NCBI GenBank assembly: GCA_023247255.1
Contig: JAHFGV010000010.1
Location: forward strand, 2,830-66,829
Direction: 5' to 3'
Source of the DNA: Candidatus Omnitrophota bacterium
GTDB taxonomy: Bacteria > Omnitrophota > Gorgyraeia > Aquiviventales > Aquiviventaceae
DNA length: 64,000 nt
Position numbers and translations under genes: made by a program. The notes beneath the pieces are model-generated. The model made no database searches, was not told the origin of the DNA, and saw nothing but the letters and a program-made list of their open reading frames with translations. Shown here in pieces: positions 19,129 through 27,700 of the stretch; position 1 is the stretch's first letter; each line of letters begins with the position of its first letter.

Positions 19129-19974
19129 ATGGGTGAGCGCTTAGTGTTGGATCTCGAGACGCAGCGGGAATTCAACGAGGTTGAGGGCCGAAAGCCTGAG
19201 CTGCTCGGAATCTCAGTCGTCGGGCTCTACAGCTACGAGACCGACCGCTACGACGCCTACTTAGAGGTGGACCTGGAAAAGCTTGCGCCACGGCTGCAAG
19301 CAGCCGATTTGATTATCGGTTTCAACATTCGGCGATTTGACCTGCCGGTGCTGCAGCCGTATCTTTCCTTTTCGGTTTCGACTTTACCGATTCTGGATAT
19401 TATCGAGGAGGCCGTCAAGAATCTGGGGCATCGCGTCAGCCTCGAAAGCCTTGCCCAGGCGACCCTGGGACGGGGAAAAACCGGCCACGGATTGGAAGCG
19501 CTGCGTTGGTTCAAGGAAGGACGGTTGGATCTTATCACGAAGTATTGCCTGGATGACGTTAAACTCACCAAGGAACTCTACGACTACGGAAAGCAAAACG
19601 GCAGGCTTTTTGCGACCAGCCGTTTCAACAATGATAAGCTCACCATCACCGTCTTCTGGCCCGATCGCAAGCGGGATCTGGCAACGATTGCAAAGATGCT
19701 TCAGGAATCGTTTGAGAAGAGGCTTCAGGTGAAAATCGAATATTTTTCCAACAGCGCGCTCAGAGAAGTTGCGGCCGCTTTTGTCTCGAAAGAAACTCCC
19801 ACGCGCGAGCGCTGCGTCGATATCTACGTCATCCGCGAGCCCTACTTCGAGGGCTACTGCCACTTCCGCAACGACGTCCGTCAATTTCGCATCGACCGCG
19901 TCCTCGACGTTAAACCCACCTGGCAGCGCTACACGATTCCCGCGGATTACATCCCCCAGGCGGCCGCCGAATAG
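19129..19974 (+). CDS. YprB/RNase H-like exonuclease domain fused to C-terminal WYL domain
   Basis: VLDLETQ, IGFNIRRFD, KYCLDDV acidic motifs; WYL-like IEY...RCVDIY...YFEGYCHFRNDVRQFRIDRV. Confidence 0.8.
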   Translation: MGERLVLDLETQREFNEVEGRKPELLGISVVGLYSYETDRYDAYLEVDLEKLAPRLQAADLIIGFNIRRFDLPVLQPYLSFSVSTLPILDIIEEAVKNLGHRVSLESLAQATLGRGKTGHGLEALRWFKEGRLDLITKYCLDDVKLTKELYDYGKQNGRLFATSRFNNDKLTITVFWPDRKRDLATIAKMLQESFEKRLQVKIEYFSNSALREVAAAFVSKETPTRERCVDIYVIREPYFEGYCHFRNDVRQFRIDRVLDVKPTWQRYTIPADYIPQAAAE

Positions 19975-19979
19975 CTCGA

Positions 19980-20732
19980 ATGCAGGTGACGATTTTGGGT
20001 GCTGGGACAGCGATTCCAGCCGCACGCTTCAGCCCTGCGGGCATCTACGTCCAGGCTGGGGATGAACACCTCTTGCTGGATGCTGGGGCGGGCAGTCTCC
20101 AGCGTCTTCAACGCATGGGCGTCACCTTCTTGGATTTGGATCGACTCTTCCTGACGCACTTCCATCCGGATCATTGTCTGGATCTGGTTTCGATCCTGTT
20201 TGCGATGCGGCTGCCGCAGCCTGCGCGTCGCAAGCCGTTCTTCATCTATGGTCCACGTGGGCTCAAACGTCTGTATGAAGCACTTGATAGAGCATTCAAG
20301 GGAGTGCTGGCCCCGCGCACCTACCGCCTGGATCTTAAAGAAATTGGAACGACGCGGATCACAGCTTCCGGCTATGTCGTCACCACGCAGCCGATGAATC
20401 ATTCGGCGCTGTGCTACGGCTATCGGATCGAATCAGCCGGACGGGTGGTTGCCTATTCCGGAGACACAGACCTGTGCGCAGGGATTGTGAAACTGGGCAA
20501 GAACGCGGATCTGTTGATTCTCGAATGTTCGATGCCGGATGAACGTAAAGTTCCTGGGCATCTGACTCCGAGTGAGTGCGGGCAAATCGCTGCCGAGGCG
20601 AAATGCAAGCGTCTGGTTTTGACTCATTTCTATCCTCTGCTCAGAGGCTACGACATCCGAAGGCGCGTTCGACGCACCTTCCGAGGCCCTGTAATCCTAG
20701 CCTGTGATCGGACCTGCCTCGAGTTATCTTGA
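19980..20732 (+). CDS. MBL-fold metallohydrolase (RNase Z/BN-like)
   Basis: ILGAGT, LLDAG, THFHPDH, YSGDT, ECS..GHL, LTHFYP. Confidence 0.88.
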   Translation: MQVTILGAGTAIPAARFSPAGIYVQAGDEHLLLDAGAGSLQRLQRMGVTFLDLDRLFLTHFHPDHCLDLVSILFAMRLPQPARRKPFFIYGPRGLKRLYEALDRAFKGVLAPRTYRLDLKEIGTTRITASGYVVTTQPMNHSALCYGYRIESAGRVVAYSGDTDLCAGIVKLGKNADLLILECSMPDERKVPGHLTPSECGQIAAEAKCKRLVLTHFYPLLRGYDIRRRVRRTFRGPVILACDRTCLELS

Positions 20733-21068
20733 TTGGGTCTTCTCTTTCACCCCGCCGAAGTCAACACAGGTGCCACCTCGATAAGAATCGGGGTGGGGCT
20801 CCACACGCTCTGTAGCACGTTTTCTGCAACAGCCAGCAATTCCACATCATGAGCTTTAGGCAAACGGGATGTTTTTCCGTAACCGGCTAAGAGCCCAACG
20901 GAAAGAGCCCCCTGAGCCGAGTTGCAGGATCGATGGAGTTTCACCCAGCATCTTTTCTTGTCTGCTCTTGAATAATCCGCGAACCCTGTGGCATGCTTAA
21001 CGTTGACGCGTGCCTGAGGTTGTCGTTTGCCCCAGGGACAAACACGCCCGTCTGTTCCTCTATTATTA

Positions 21069-21260
21069 CTGAGGTTTTGAAAAATGCATCGAGATGAGTG
21101 GCAGTGCTCACGTCTGTGTCATGAGTCATGTGTCAGGTGTCATGAAAAAGCAGAAAATAAACAGGCACCTCAAGTATGGCCAAAGGGCTCCTTTTGCTTT
21201 CCATGACTCATGAAACATGACACAATCCTCATTACTTCTCTTGGGACAGGACACGACACT
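21069..21260 (-). repeat. CATG-heptamer modular MITE, copy A (one end missing)
   Basis: CTGAGGTTTTGAAAAATGCATCGAG terminus plus modules shared with 25913-26186. Confidence 0.85.
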
Positions 21261-21262
21261 TC

Positions 21263-21511
21263 ATGTCTCTAAAGAAGCAAGGATATGGCAGTATTGCCGT
21301 TGCGAAGACGATTGGAATTTCCTTACGGCAGCTTTATTACTGGGTGGATGTTCTGCATGCGACAGCCCCCCGCACTCACCAGCATGGCCTGAGGCGATTC
21401 CGCCGCTTCAGTCCCCAGGATCTTCAACGGCTTAAGGCGATTCGAAGCCTGACGCAACAGGGCTACATGTTGCGGGCGGCCATCCGGATAGCCAAGCAGC
21501 GCTCACGGTAA
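21263..21511 (+). CDS. Small MerR-family HTH protein
   Basis: VAKTIGISLRQLYYW...RRFSPQDLQRLKAIRSLTQQG. Confidence 0.8.
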   Translation: MSLKKQGYGSIAVAKTIGISLRQLYYWVDVLHATAPRTHQHGLRRFRRFSPQDLQRLKAIRSLTQQGYMLRAAIRIAKQRSR

Positions 21512-21986
21512 TCAGTCCTGCCGATTGACCCCGCAAAACCATCCCGTACAGTTATAGTATATGGCCCATGGCCTGTGTCGCTTCGCGGGGTTCCGCCCCC
21601 CGCGCAGGTCCGCCTCGACGGGGTATCTTTGCGGGGGTGAGCCGCACCTACGCGGGGGACCCCACACTCCCAAGCGAAGCCAAAATGGCTCTTGACATAT
21701 TCCGCATTAATGTTTAATGTTCTACATTAATGTAGAAGATTTAGCTTGCGGATCTATCCACAAAGCGTGAGAGACTCCCAGGTGTCAGTGATTTCGCTCC
21801 CTCGCATAACGATCCTTCCTCGTTTTTCTTCCGTATGGTTCCATCCACCGGCATTGTATCGAAATGGGACGACCCCGCCATTGCGCCACCAAGCTTTGCT
21901 TCACCCCCAAAAATCGCGGAGCGATTTCGGGAGGTTTTATCGGGATCACTCGTGTCTTTAACCGCAACACTTAAACGGGAGGGACC

Positions 21987-24900
21987 ATGCGTTATCTTGG
22001 GTGTTTATGGGGCAAACAACGAAAGGGGATTCTCTGTAGTTTCCTAGCCCTTGGCTTAGCAGCCTTGAGTCTGTCAGGCCTTAGGTTTTTTTCTCACCCA
22101 AGACTCGCGGCGTCTGTCGAGGTTTTAAATGAGGACACAGGCAAAAGCGCCCATCTGCTTAGGGCTTACGGGAGACTTCCCCTGATATTTGAAGCCAATC
22201 AAGGGCAGGCGAGTCAGGAAGTTCGATTTCTATCTCGGGGAAGCGGGTACTTGTTCTTGTTGACCTCCACAGGGGAAGCGCTCATTTTGAGCCGAATGGC
22301 AAACACGCAAGAGTCGATTCTAAACAACCCCGCCGTCGGGCCACAGCCTTCGGCCGTTGGCCCAGTTGGTTCGCTTGAACGACTGGGTGGGCAGGATGTC
22401 GCCCCACTCGAAACGGACTTGCCGGTGCCACAGGTTCATCCCGTGGGGCTCCTCCCCGCCATCGGGCCACGGCCTTCGGCTGTTGGCCCAGTTGGTTTGC
22501 TTAAGCGAACGGGTGGGCGGGATGTCGCCCCACTCGAAGCGGACTTGCCGGTGCCACAGGTTCATCCCGTGGGGCTCCACGATACAGCGAATTCTCAGGC
22601 ATTCCCGTCGGATTCACAGCGACACGCACAGCGTTCTTCCTCCAAGGTTCTGCGCATGGAGCTGATCGGCGCCAATCCCCAGCCAAAGGGGGTGGGTCTG
22701 GAGCGGCTTGCTGGGGAAACGCATTATTTCTTCGGCAACGATCCGAATCAATGGCGCACACACATCCCGACCTACACAAAAGTGCAATACACAAATGTGT
22801 ATCCGGGGGTGGATCTGGTCTACTATGGGAATCAAGGTCAACTGGAGCATGACTTCATCGTTGCCCCTGGGGTCGACCCGCATATTATCCTGCTGCGTTT
22901 TGAAGGTTCCGATTTCTTGGAAGTGGATGAGCGGGGCGATTTGGTTGTGCATTTGGCTGACGGCCAACTCCGGTTGCACAAGCCGATCATCTATCAGGAG
23001 GTCGATGGTATCCGAAAGCCCATCACCGGCGGGTATATTCTCAACGCTCAAGGCCAGGTGGGTTTTCAGATTGCCGCCTACGATGTGCATCAGGCACTCG
23101 TCATTGATCCGGTTCTCAGCTACTCCACCTATCTGGGGGGCACTGGCATTGAAGGCAATGCCGATGTTGCCCTAGATTCTTTCGGCAATGCTTACGTGGC
23201 CGGCACTACTCCATCGACGGACTTTCCCACGATGAATCCTTTCCAATCCACGAGCAACGGCAGCTTCGATCTGTTCGTGGCAAAACTCGACCCCACAGGC
23301 TCGGTGCTTGTCTATTCCACTTACCTGGGTGGAAGCGGAACCGAAACAGGAAGACTCACCGTGGATGGCTTGGGCAACGCCTACTTGATTGGGACAACGA
23401 CCTCGCTTGACTTTCCAACAGCCAGTCCCTTCCAGGCTAGTCATGGTGGCGGCCCCAGCCCTCAAGACGCGTTTGTGACTAAGCTGAACCCGACAGGCTC
23501 TGCGCTTGTCTACTCGAGCTATCTGGGAGGCCTGGGCGACGACCGTGGCATTGACATCGCCGTGGATGGCTCTGGCAACGCCTACATAGTGGGGGATACC
23601 GGTAACGCGATCTTCAATAATTTTCCAACCACAGCCGGCGCTTTTCAAACGAGCCCCCAGGGCACGGATGGTTTTGTCGCCCAGTTGGATGCTACAGGTT
23701 CCACCCTTGTCTATTCCACATTCCTTGGAGGAAGTGGATTAGAGACAGCCGCAAGCGTCGTCGTTAACAACTCCGGAAATGCCTACATAGTCGGAAGCAC
23801 GGATTCAACCGACTTTCCTGTCGTCAATGCCTTCCAATCCGCGCTTGGCGGAGGATCCGATTTGTTTGTAACGAAACTGAATACCACAGGAACGACGTTG
23901 GTCTATTCCACCTATCTGGGTGGAAATAGTGATGATGAGGCAGGGGTGGGAATCGCCATCGATTCCTCTGAGAACGCCTATGTGACCGGCTCCACGCAGT
24001 CAACCGATTTCCCTACAGCGAATCCCTTCCAGGGTGTGTTCGGAGGTGGTTTCCGAGATGCCGTGGTGACGAAGCTGAATCCCACCGGATCGGTGCTCGT
24101 CTACTCCACCTACCTCGGCGGCAGCGACGATGATATCGGTCGGTCGATCGGGGTGACTTCCGCAGGCGGCGCCTACGTTGTGGGGGATACCCAATCGACG
24201 GACTTTCCAACGATGAATCCCATTCAATCGACGCTTAGTGGTGGCTTCGATGCCTTTGTGGTCAAGTTCAACCCATCGGGATCGGTTCTCGATCATTCTA
24301 CCTATCTTGGTGGCAATGGTAGCGAGCGCGGTACCGGGATTGCCACAGACGCTTCCGGTAACCTCTACGTGGCAGGGGGCACGGTATCTACTAATTTTCC
24401 GACGAAGAATCCGGTGCAGGATATGCTCAAGGGCATTCAGGACAGTTTCGTTGCGAAGATCGATATGGTCAACGATCCGCCGGTTGCGCTATCGGATGGA
24501 CCGTTTTTGGGAGTGGAGGGCTTCCCTGTGCAGATGGACGCATCGGCTTCCTCCGATCCTGAAAACGAGCCGCTGACCTTCAATTGGGTTTTTGGAGATA
24601 GCTCGACGCTGGTGACGACGCAGGCGGCTATCGAGCACACATATCCAAATCCTGGAACCTTCACGGTCAGTCTTGTGGTCAACGATAGTCAACTCGACTC
24701 ACTCGCCTTCATTACTCAGGCATCCATCGGGTTTACGGGCGGTGGTCAGCGCAGTGACGTCAATGCCTTTTTGGCTTACATCAGCCCGGTAGCGTCGAGC
24801 ACGACCCTCTCGTCTGGCACGACGAGCTTCGACGTCACCCTCCTCTACGGAGAGACGATTGATGCGCAAACCTTCCAGGCCGTTCTCAATGGGCAGCCTG

Positions 24901-25052
24901 TCGGAGGCTTTACACCCATTGCGGGTACCAGCCAAACGGTTAGCCTTCCACTATCTGTGGGACGGAATGTGTTGCTCCTGTCGGTGGATGGAACCCGATC
25001 GGATGGGCGGATCGCTACCGATCGGGATCGATTAGTCCTCATTGTTCCCTGA
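21987..25052 (+). CDS. Cell-surface/secreted SBBP-repeat beta-propeller protein with PKD domain
   Basis: GGAGG RBS; LPLIFEANQGQ N-domain; about seven YSTYLGG..GNAYV.G.T.S.DFPT repeats; PKD (WVFGD, HTYPNPGTFTVSLVVND). Confidence 0.9.
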   Translation: MRYLGCLWGKQRKGILCSFLALGLAALSLSGLRFFSHPRLAASVEVLNEDTGKSAHLLRAYGRLPLIFEANQGQASQEVRFLSRGSGYLFLLTSTGEALILSRMANTQESILNNPAVGPQPSAVGPVGSLERLGGQDVAPLETDLPVPQVHPVGLLPAIGPRPSAVGPVGLLKRTGGRDVAPLEADLPVPQVHPVGLHDTANSQAFPSDSQRHAQRSSSKVLRMELIGANPQPKGVGLERLAGETHYFFGNDPNQWRTHIPTYTKVQYTNVYPGVDLVYYGNQGQLEHDFIVAPGVDPHIILLRFEGSDFLEVDERGDLVVHLADGQLRLHKPIIYQEVDGIRKPITGGYILNAQGQVGFQIAAYDVHQALVIDPVLSYSTYLGGTGIEGNADVALDSFGNAYVAGTTPSTDFPTMNPFQSTSNGSFDLFVAKLDPTGSVLVYSTYLGGSGTETGRLTVDGLGNAYLIGTTTSLDFPTASPFQASHGGGPSPQDAFVTKLNPTGSALVYSSYLGGLGDDRGIDIAVDGSGNAYIVGDTGNAIFNNFPTTAGAFQTSPQGTDGFVAQLDATGSTLVYSTFLGGSGLETAASVVVNNSGNAYIVGSTDSTDFPVVNAFQSALGGGSDLFVTKLNTTGTTLVYSTYLGGNSDDEAGVGIAIDSSENAYVTGSTQSTDFPTANPFQGVFGGGFRDAVVTKLNPTGSVLVYSTYLGGSDDDIGRSIGVTSAGGAYVVGDTQSTDFPTMNPIQSTLSGGFDAFVVKFNPSGSVLDHSTYLGGNGSERGTGIATDASGNLYVAGGTVSTNFPTKNPVQDMLKGIQDSFVAKIDMVNDPPVALSDGPFLGVEGFPVQMDASASSDPENEPLTFNWVFGDSSTLVTTQAAIEHTYPNPGTFTVSLVVNDSQLDSLAFITQASIGFTGGGQRSDVNAFLAYISPVASSTTLSSGTTSFDVTLLYGETIDAQTFQAVLNGQPVGGFTPIAGTSQTVSLPLSVGRNVLLLSVDGTRSDGRIATDRDRLVLIVP
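22328..22579 (+). repeat. Tandem 2 x 126-bp in-frame palindromic insert
   Basis: Units start at 22328 and 22454; each carries GCCACRGCCTTCGGC and GCCACAGGTTCATCCCGTGG hairpin-like motifs. Confidence 0.9.
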
Positions 25053-25079
25053 GGAACGACAGAAGACGAGTATCTGTAG

Positions 25080-25711
25080 AGCCCATCCCTAAACCCTAGC
25101 GTGAGAAGCAAAGCGACCAAAGGCCGCCAGATGCAAGGAGCGACGACGAGACGTAAAGCGTGTGCGATACGGCGAACAGGACAGACGCCGCAGATGGCGG
25201 CCGTTCGCCGCAACCCGAAGGGCTGGGCCGATGGGCTGCGCCGTGCGGCGTTGCTCGTCGTCGCCATACTTCTGTTTCCAAAAGTCATATCTGCTCCTCG
25301 CCCTTGACAAGCTTGTCTCGACCTTGACACAGAATGTCAAGGTCAAGGGCGAACGCCTTGAACGGCTTGCCTATACTGATGTCGATGAGTTATAGTTGCC
25401 GCATTGGAGCTGCCAGATCTGAGCCGAGTCCAAGGCGCGACGACGCAGGCGTACTCGCGAAGCAGCAGTACGCCAAGGAGGAGCAACGCAGGAGTCGGCC
25501 AGAGATGGCAGCTCCCCCCTGATAGCGTAACGTGGGGCGGGGCGTGCTTGGCGCTAGCCTTCGTTGCTCGTCGCTTATGTACTGGTAATCCAGTACACTG
25601 TGCTCCTCGCGTCTCGGCCAGCATCCAAGCACGCTCCCGCCAATGCGGCAACTATAACTCATCGACATCAGTTTCGCCCAGCGCGGCCACGCTAGGATTT
25701 AGGGATGGGCT
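25080..25711. mobile_element. MITE with 24-bp IRs and 4-bp TSD, containing a nested element
   Basis: AGCCCATCCCTAAACCCTAGCGTG / CACGCTAGGATTTAGGGATGGGCT; GTAG on both sides (25076-79, 25712-15). Confidence 0.85.
25375..25672. mobile_element. Nested MITE with perfect 33-bp IRs
   Basis: ACTGATGTCGATGAGTTATAGTTGCCGCATTGG (25375-25407) and its exact reverse complement (25640-25672). Confidence 0.88.
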
Positions 25712-25772
25712 GTAGCTTTCTTAAGAGGATTCCTCGGCTCTGTGTGTGTTTCCTCATCGAGGAACGCACTAA

Positions 25773-25901
25773 CAGAATGCTGAAAAACGCCAGTCGGTTC
25801 AGGGTTCTGGGCTGGGGGCCAGGACCCGTCTCACCGACGAGCGGTAGTGTATTTGTCCTGAACCCTCAACCCGGAACCACGAAGGGCTTTTCCGCAGCCT
25901 G
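25773..25901. mobile_element. Small MITE with IS5/IS1182-like ends and internal inverted 7-mer arrays
   Basis: CAGAATGCTGAAAAA ... TTTTCCGCAGCCTG ends; GGTTCAG/GGTTCTG versus CCTGAAC/CCTCAAC/CCGGAAC inside. Confidence 0.6.
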
Positions 25902-25912
25902 CTGGGTTGGGA

Positions 25913-26186
25913 CTGGGCTTTTGAAAAAATAGCCAACGCGTTGACCGAGTGTTGTGTCATTTCCCAAGAGAAGGAATGAGGATTGTGTCATGTTTCATGA
26001 GTCATGGAAAGCAAAAGGAGCCCTTTGGCCATACTTGAGGTGCCTGTTTATTTTCCGCTTTTTCAGGACACATAAACCATGAAACATGACACAGACGTGA
26101 GTAGTGGATATTAAAACCATGATTTACTTTCTCCCTGCTCATGGGCCACTTGGCCACTAACCTCGATGCATTTTGCAAAACCTCAG
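25913..26186 (+). mobile_element. CATG-heptamer modular MITE, copy B (complete)
   Basis: Imperfect TIRs CTGGGCTTTTGAAAAA / TTTTGCAAAACCTCAG; 6-bp TSD TTGGGA. Confidence 0.9.
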
Positions 26187-26263
26187 TTGGGAGGTAAATG
26201 CTTTAACCCTTTGCAGTAGGCGGATCTCCCGACCAAAATTCCGCACGCAATCTCCCACTCTAC

Positions 26264-26543
26264 TGTTGTGTTATTTCCCAAGAGAAGTAATGAGGACTGT
26301 GTCATGTTTCATGACTCATGTGTCATGAAAGACTGTTTCATGTTTTATGTGTCATGAGTCATGGAAAGCAAAAGGAGCACTTTGGCCCTGTCTGAGATGC
26401 CTGCCTATTTTCTGCTTTTTCATGACACATAAACCATGAAACATGACACAGACGTGAGTACTGGAGCTTAGAATCATGATTTACTTTCTTCCTGGCCATG
26501 GGCCACTTGGCCACTAACCTCGATGCATTTTGCAAAACGTCAG
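26264..26543 (+). repeat. CATG-heptamer modular MITE, copy C (left end missing)
   Basis: Collinear with copy B plus an extra GAAAGACTGTTTC module; ends TTTTGCAAAACGTCAG. Confidence 0.85.
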
Positions 26544-26728
26544 TTAGAATTCTGTCAATCCCACCCCTTCACCGGTTTTCCCCACGCGTGTGGGGATGGG
26601 GCGACGGTCCTCATCGAACTTTGACAGATCCTCGTGGAAGCGTCTATAATGGAGAAAGCTATCGATTGAATCCTGCCCCACGAGGTCGTGCGCACATTCC
26701 AAACACATTTCAAGAGGAGGAGAAACGG

Positions 26729-27589
26729 ATGAATATTTTTAAAACCGCCTTTTTGCTTGCCCTGCTGACTGTCTTGCTGGTTTTTATCGGGCATCTGATG
26801 GGAGGCTCCCAGGGAGCGACGACGGCGTTCGTTATCGCCTTGGTGATGAATCTGGGGGCCTATTGGTTCAGTGACAAAATGGTCCTGGCCATGTACCGGG
26901 CCAAGCCCTTGAGCGAAGCCGATGCTCCACAGGTTTTCCGTGCGGTGCGAGAGATTGCTTCGCGAAGCGGCATGCCGCTGCCTCGGTTGTACTGGATTCC
27001 GACGCGCACCCCGAATGCTTTTGCGACCGGGCGCAGTCCCAAACATGCGGCTGTTGTTGTGACGTCCGGGCTTTTAGAATTGATGAGTGAAGAAGAGCTC
27101 AAGGGAGTCCTCGCGCATGAATTGAGCCACGTGAAGAACCGAGACACCCTGGTGATGTCGATTGCGGCTGCGGTGGCGGGGGCCATTGCGATGGTGGCCC
27201 ATTGGGCCCGCTGGGGATTGATGTTTGGTGGGGCAAGTCGTGACAACGACCGTCGGGGTAGCAACGCAGCATTGCAGTTGGTCGCGTTGCTTGTGATTGC
27301 GATTTTGGCGCCACTGGCGGCGATGCTGATTCAACTGGCTATCTCCCGCACCCGAGAATTTAGTGCGGATGAAACCGGCGCGCATCTAAGTGGAAATCCC
27401 CATGGCCTTGCCAGCGCCCTGCAGAAACTGGATGCAGCGGCCCATGCCAATCCCTTGCCCAATGTCAATCCGGCTACGGCGCATCTGTTTATAGTGAATC
27501 CCCTGCGTGGGGATGCGATCGCGAAACTTTTCTCCACACATCCGCCTATCGAGGAGCGCGTGCGTCGTCTGCGCAGTATGCGGCTGTGA
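26729..27589 (+). CDS. htpX: Zinc metalloprotease HtpX
   Basis: GAGGAGG RBS; PNAFATGRSP, HELSH, ISRTREFSAD, FSTHPP. Confidence 0.95.
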   Translation: MNIFKTAFLLALLTVLLVFIGHLMGGSQGATTAFVIALVMNLGAYWFSDKMVLAMYRAKPLSEADAPQVFRAVREIASRSGMPLPRLYWIPTRTPNAFATGRSPKHAAVVVTSGLLELMSEEELKGVLAHELSHVKNRDTLVMSIAAAVAGAIAMVAHWARWGLMFGGASRDNDRRGSNAALQLVALLVIAILAPLAAMLIQLAISRTREFSADETGAHLSGNPHGLASALQKLDAAAHANPLPNVNPATAHLFIVNPLRGDAIAKLFSTHPPIEERVRRLRSMRL

Positions 27590-27700
27590 TCGGGGCCAGG
27601 GGCGAAAGACGTGGGGCAAGGCAAGATAAAGGCTAAAGAAATTTTAATCCCCTCGCCCCGTTCCCCACACCCCTGAGTCAATAGTTGGTGCCGAGCACTC

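Noticed and set aside
25319-25345. MerR-type operator GACCTTGACA-N5-TGTCAAGGTC
   Set aside because: Lies inside a MITE with no credible downstream gene; cannot be told apart from an element hairpin
26498-26728. N-terminal extension of HtpX, and similar extensions or ORFs at 52597, 20941-21129 and 56823-57803
   Set aside because: These starts lie within MITE copies or are antisense to real genes
27670-27700. CIRCE element before clpB
   Set aside because: Only a half-site-like AGCACTC; no TTAGCACTC-N9-GAGTGCTAA arrangement
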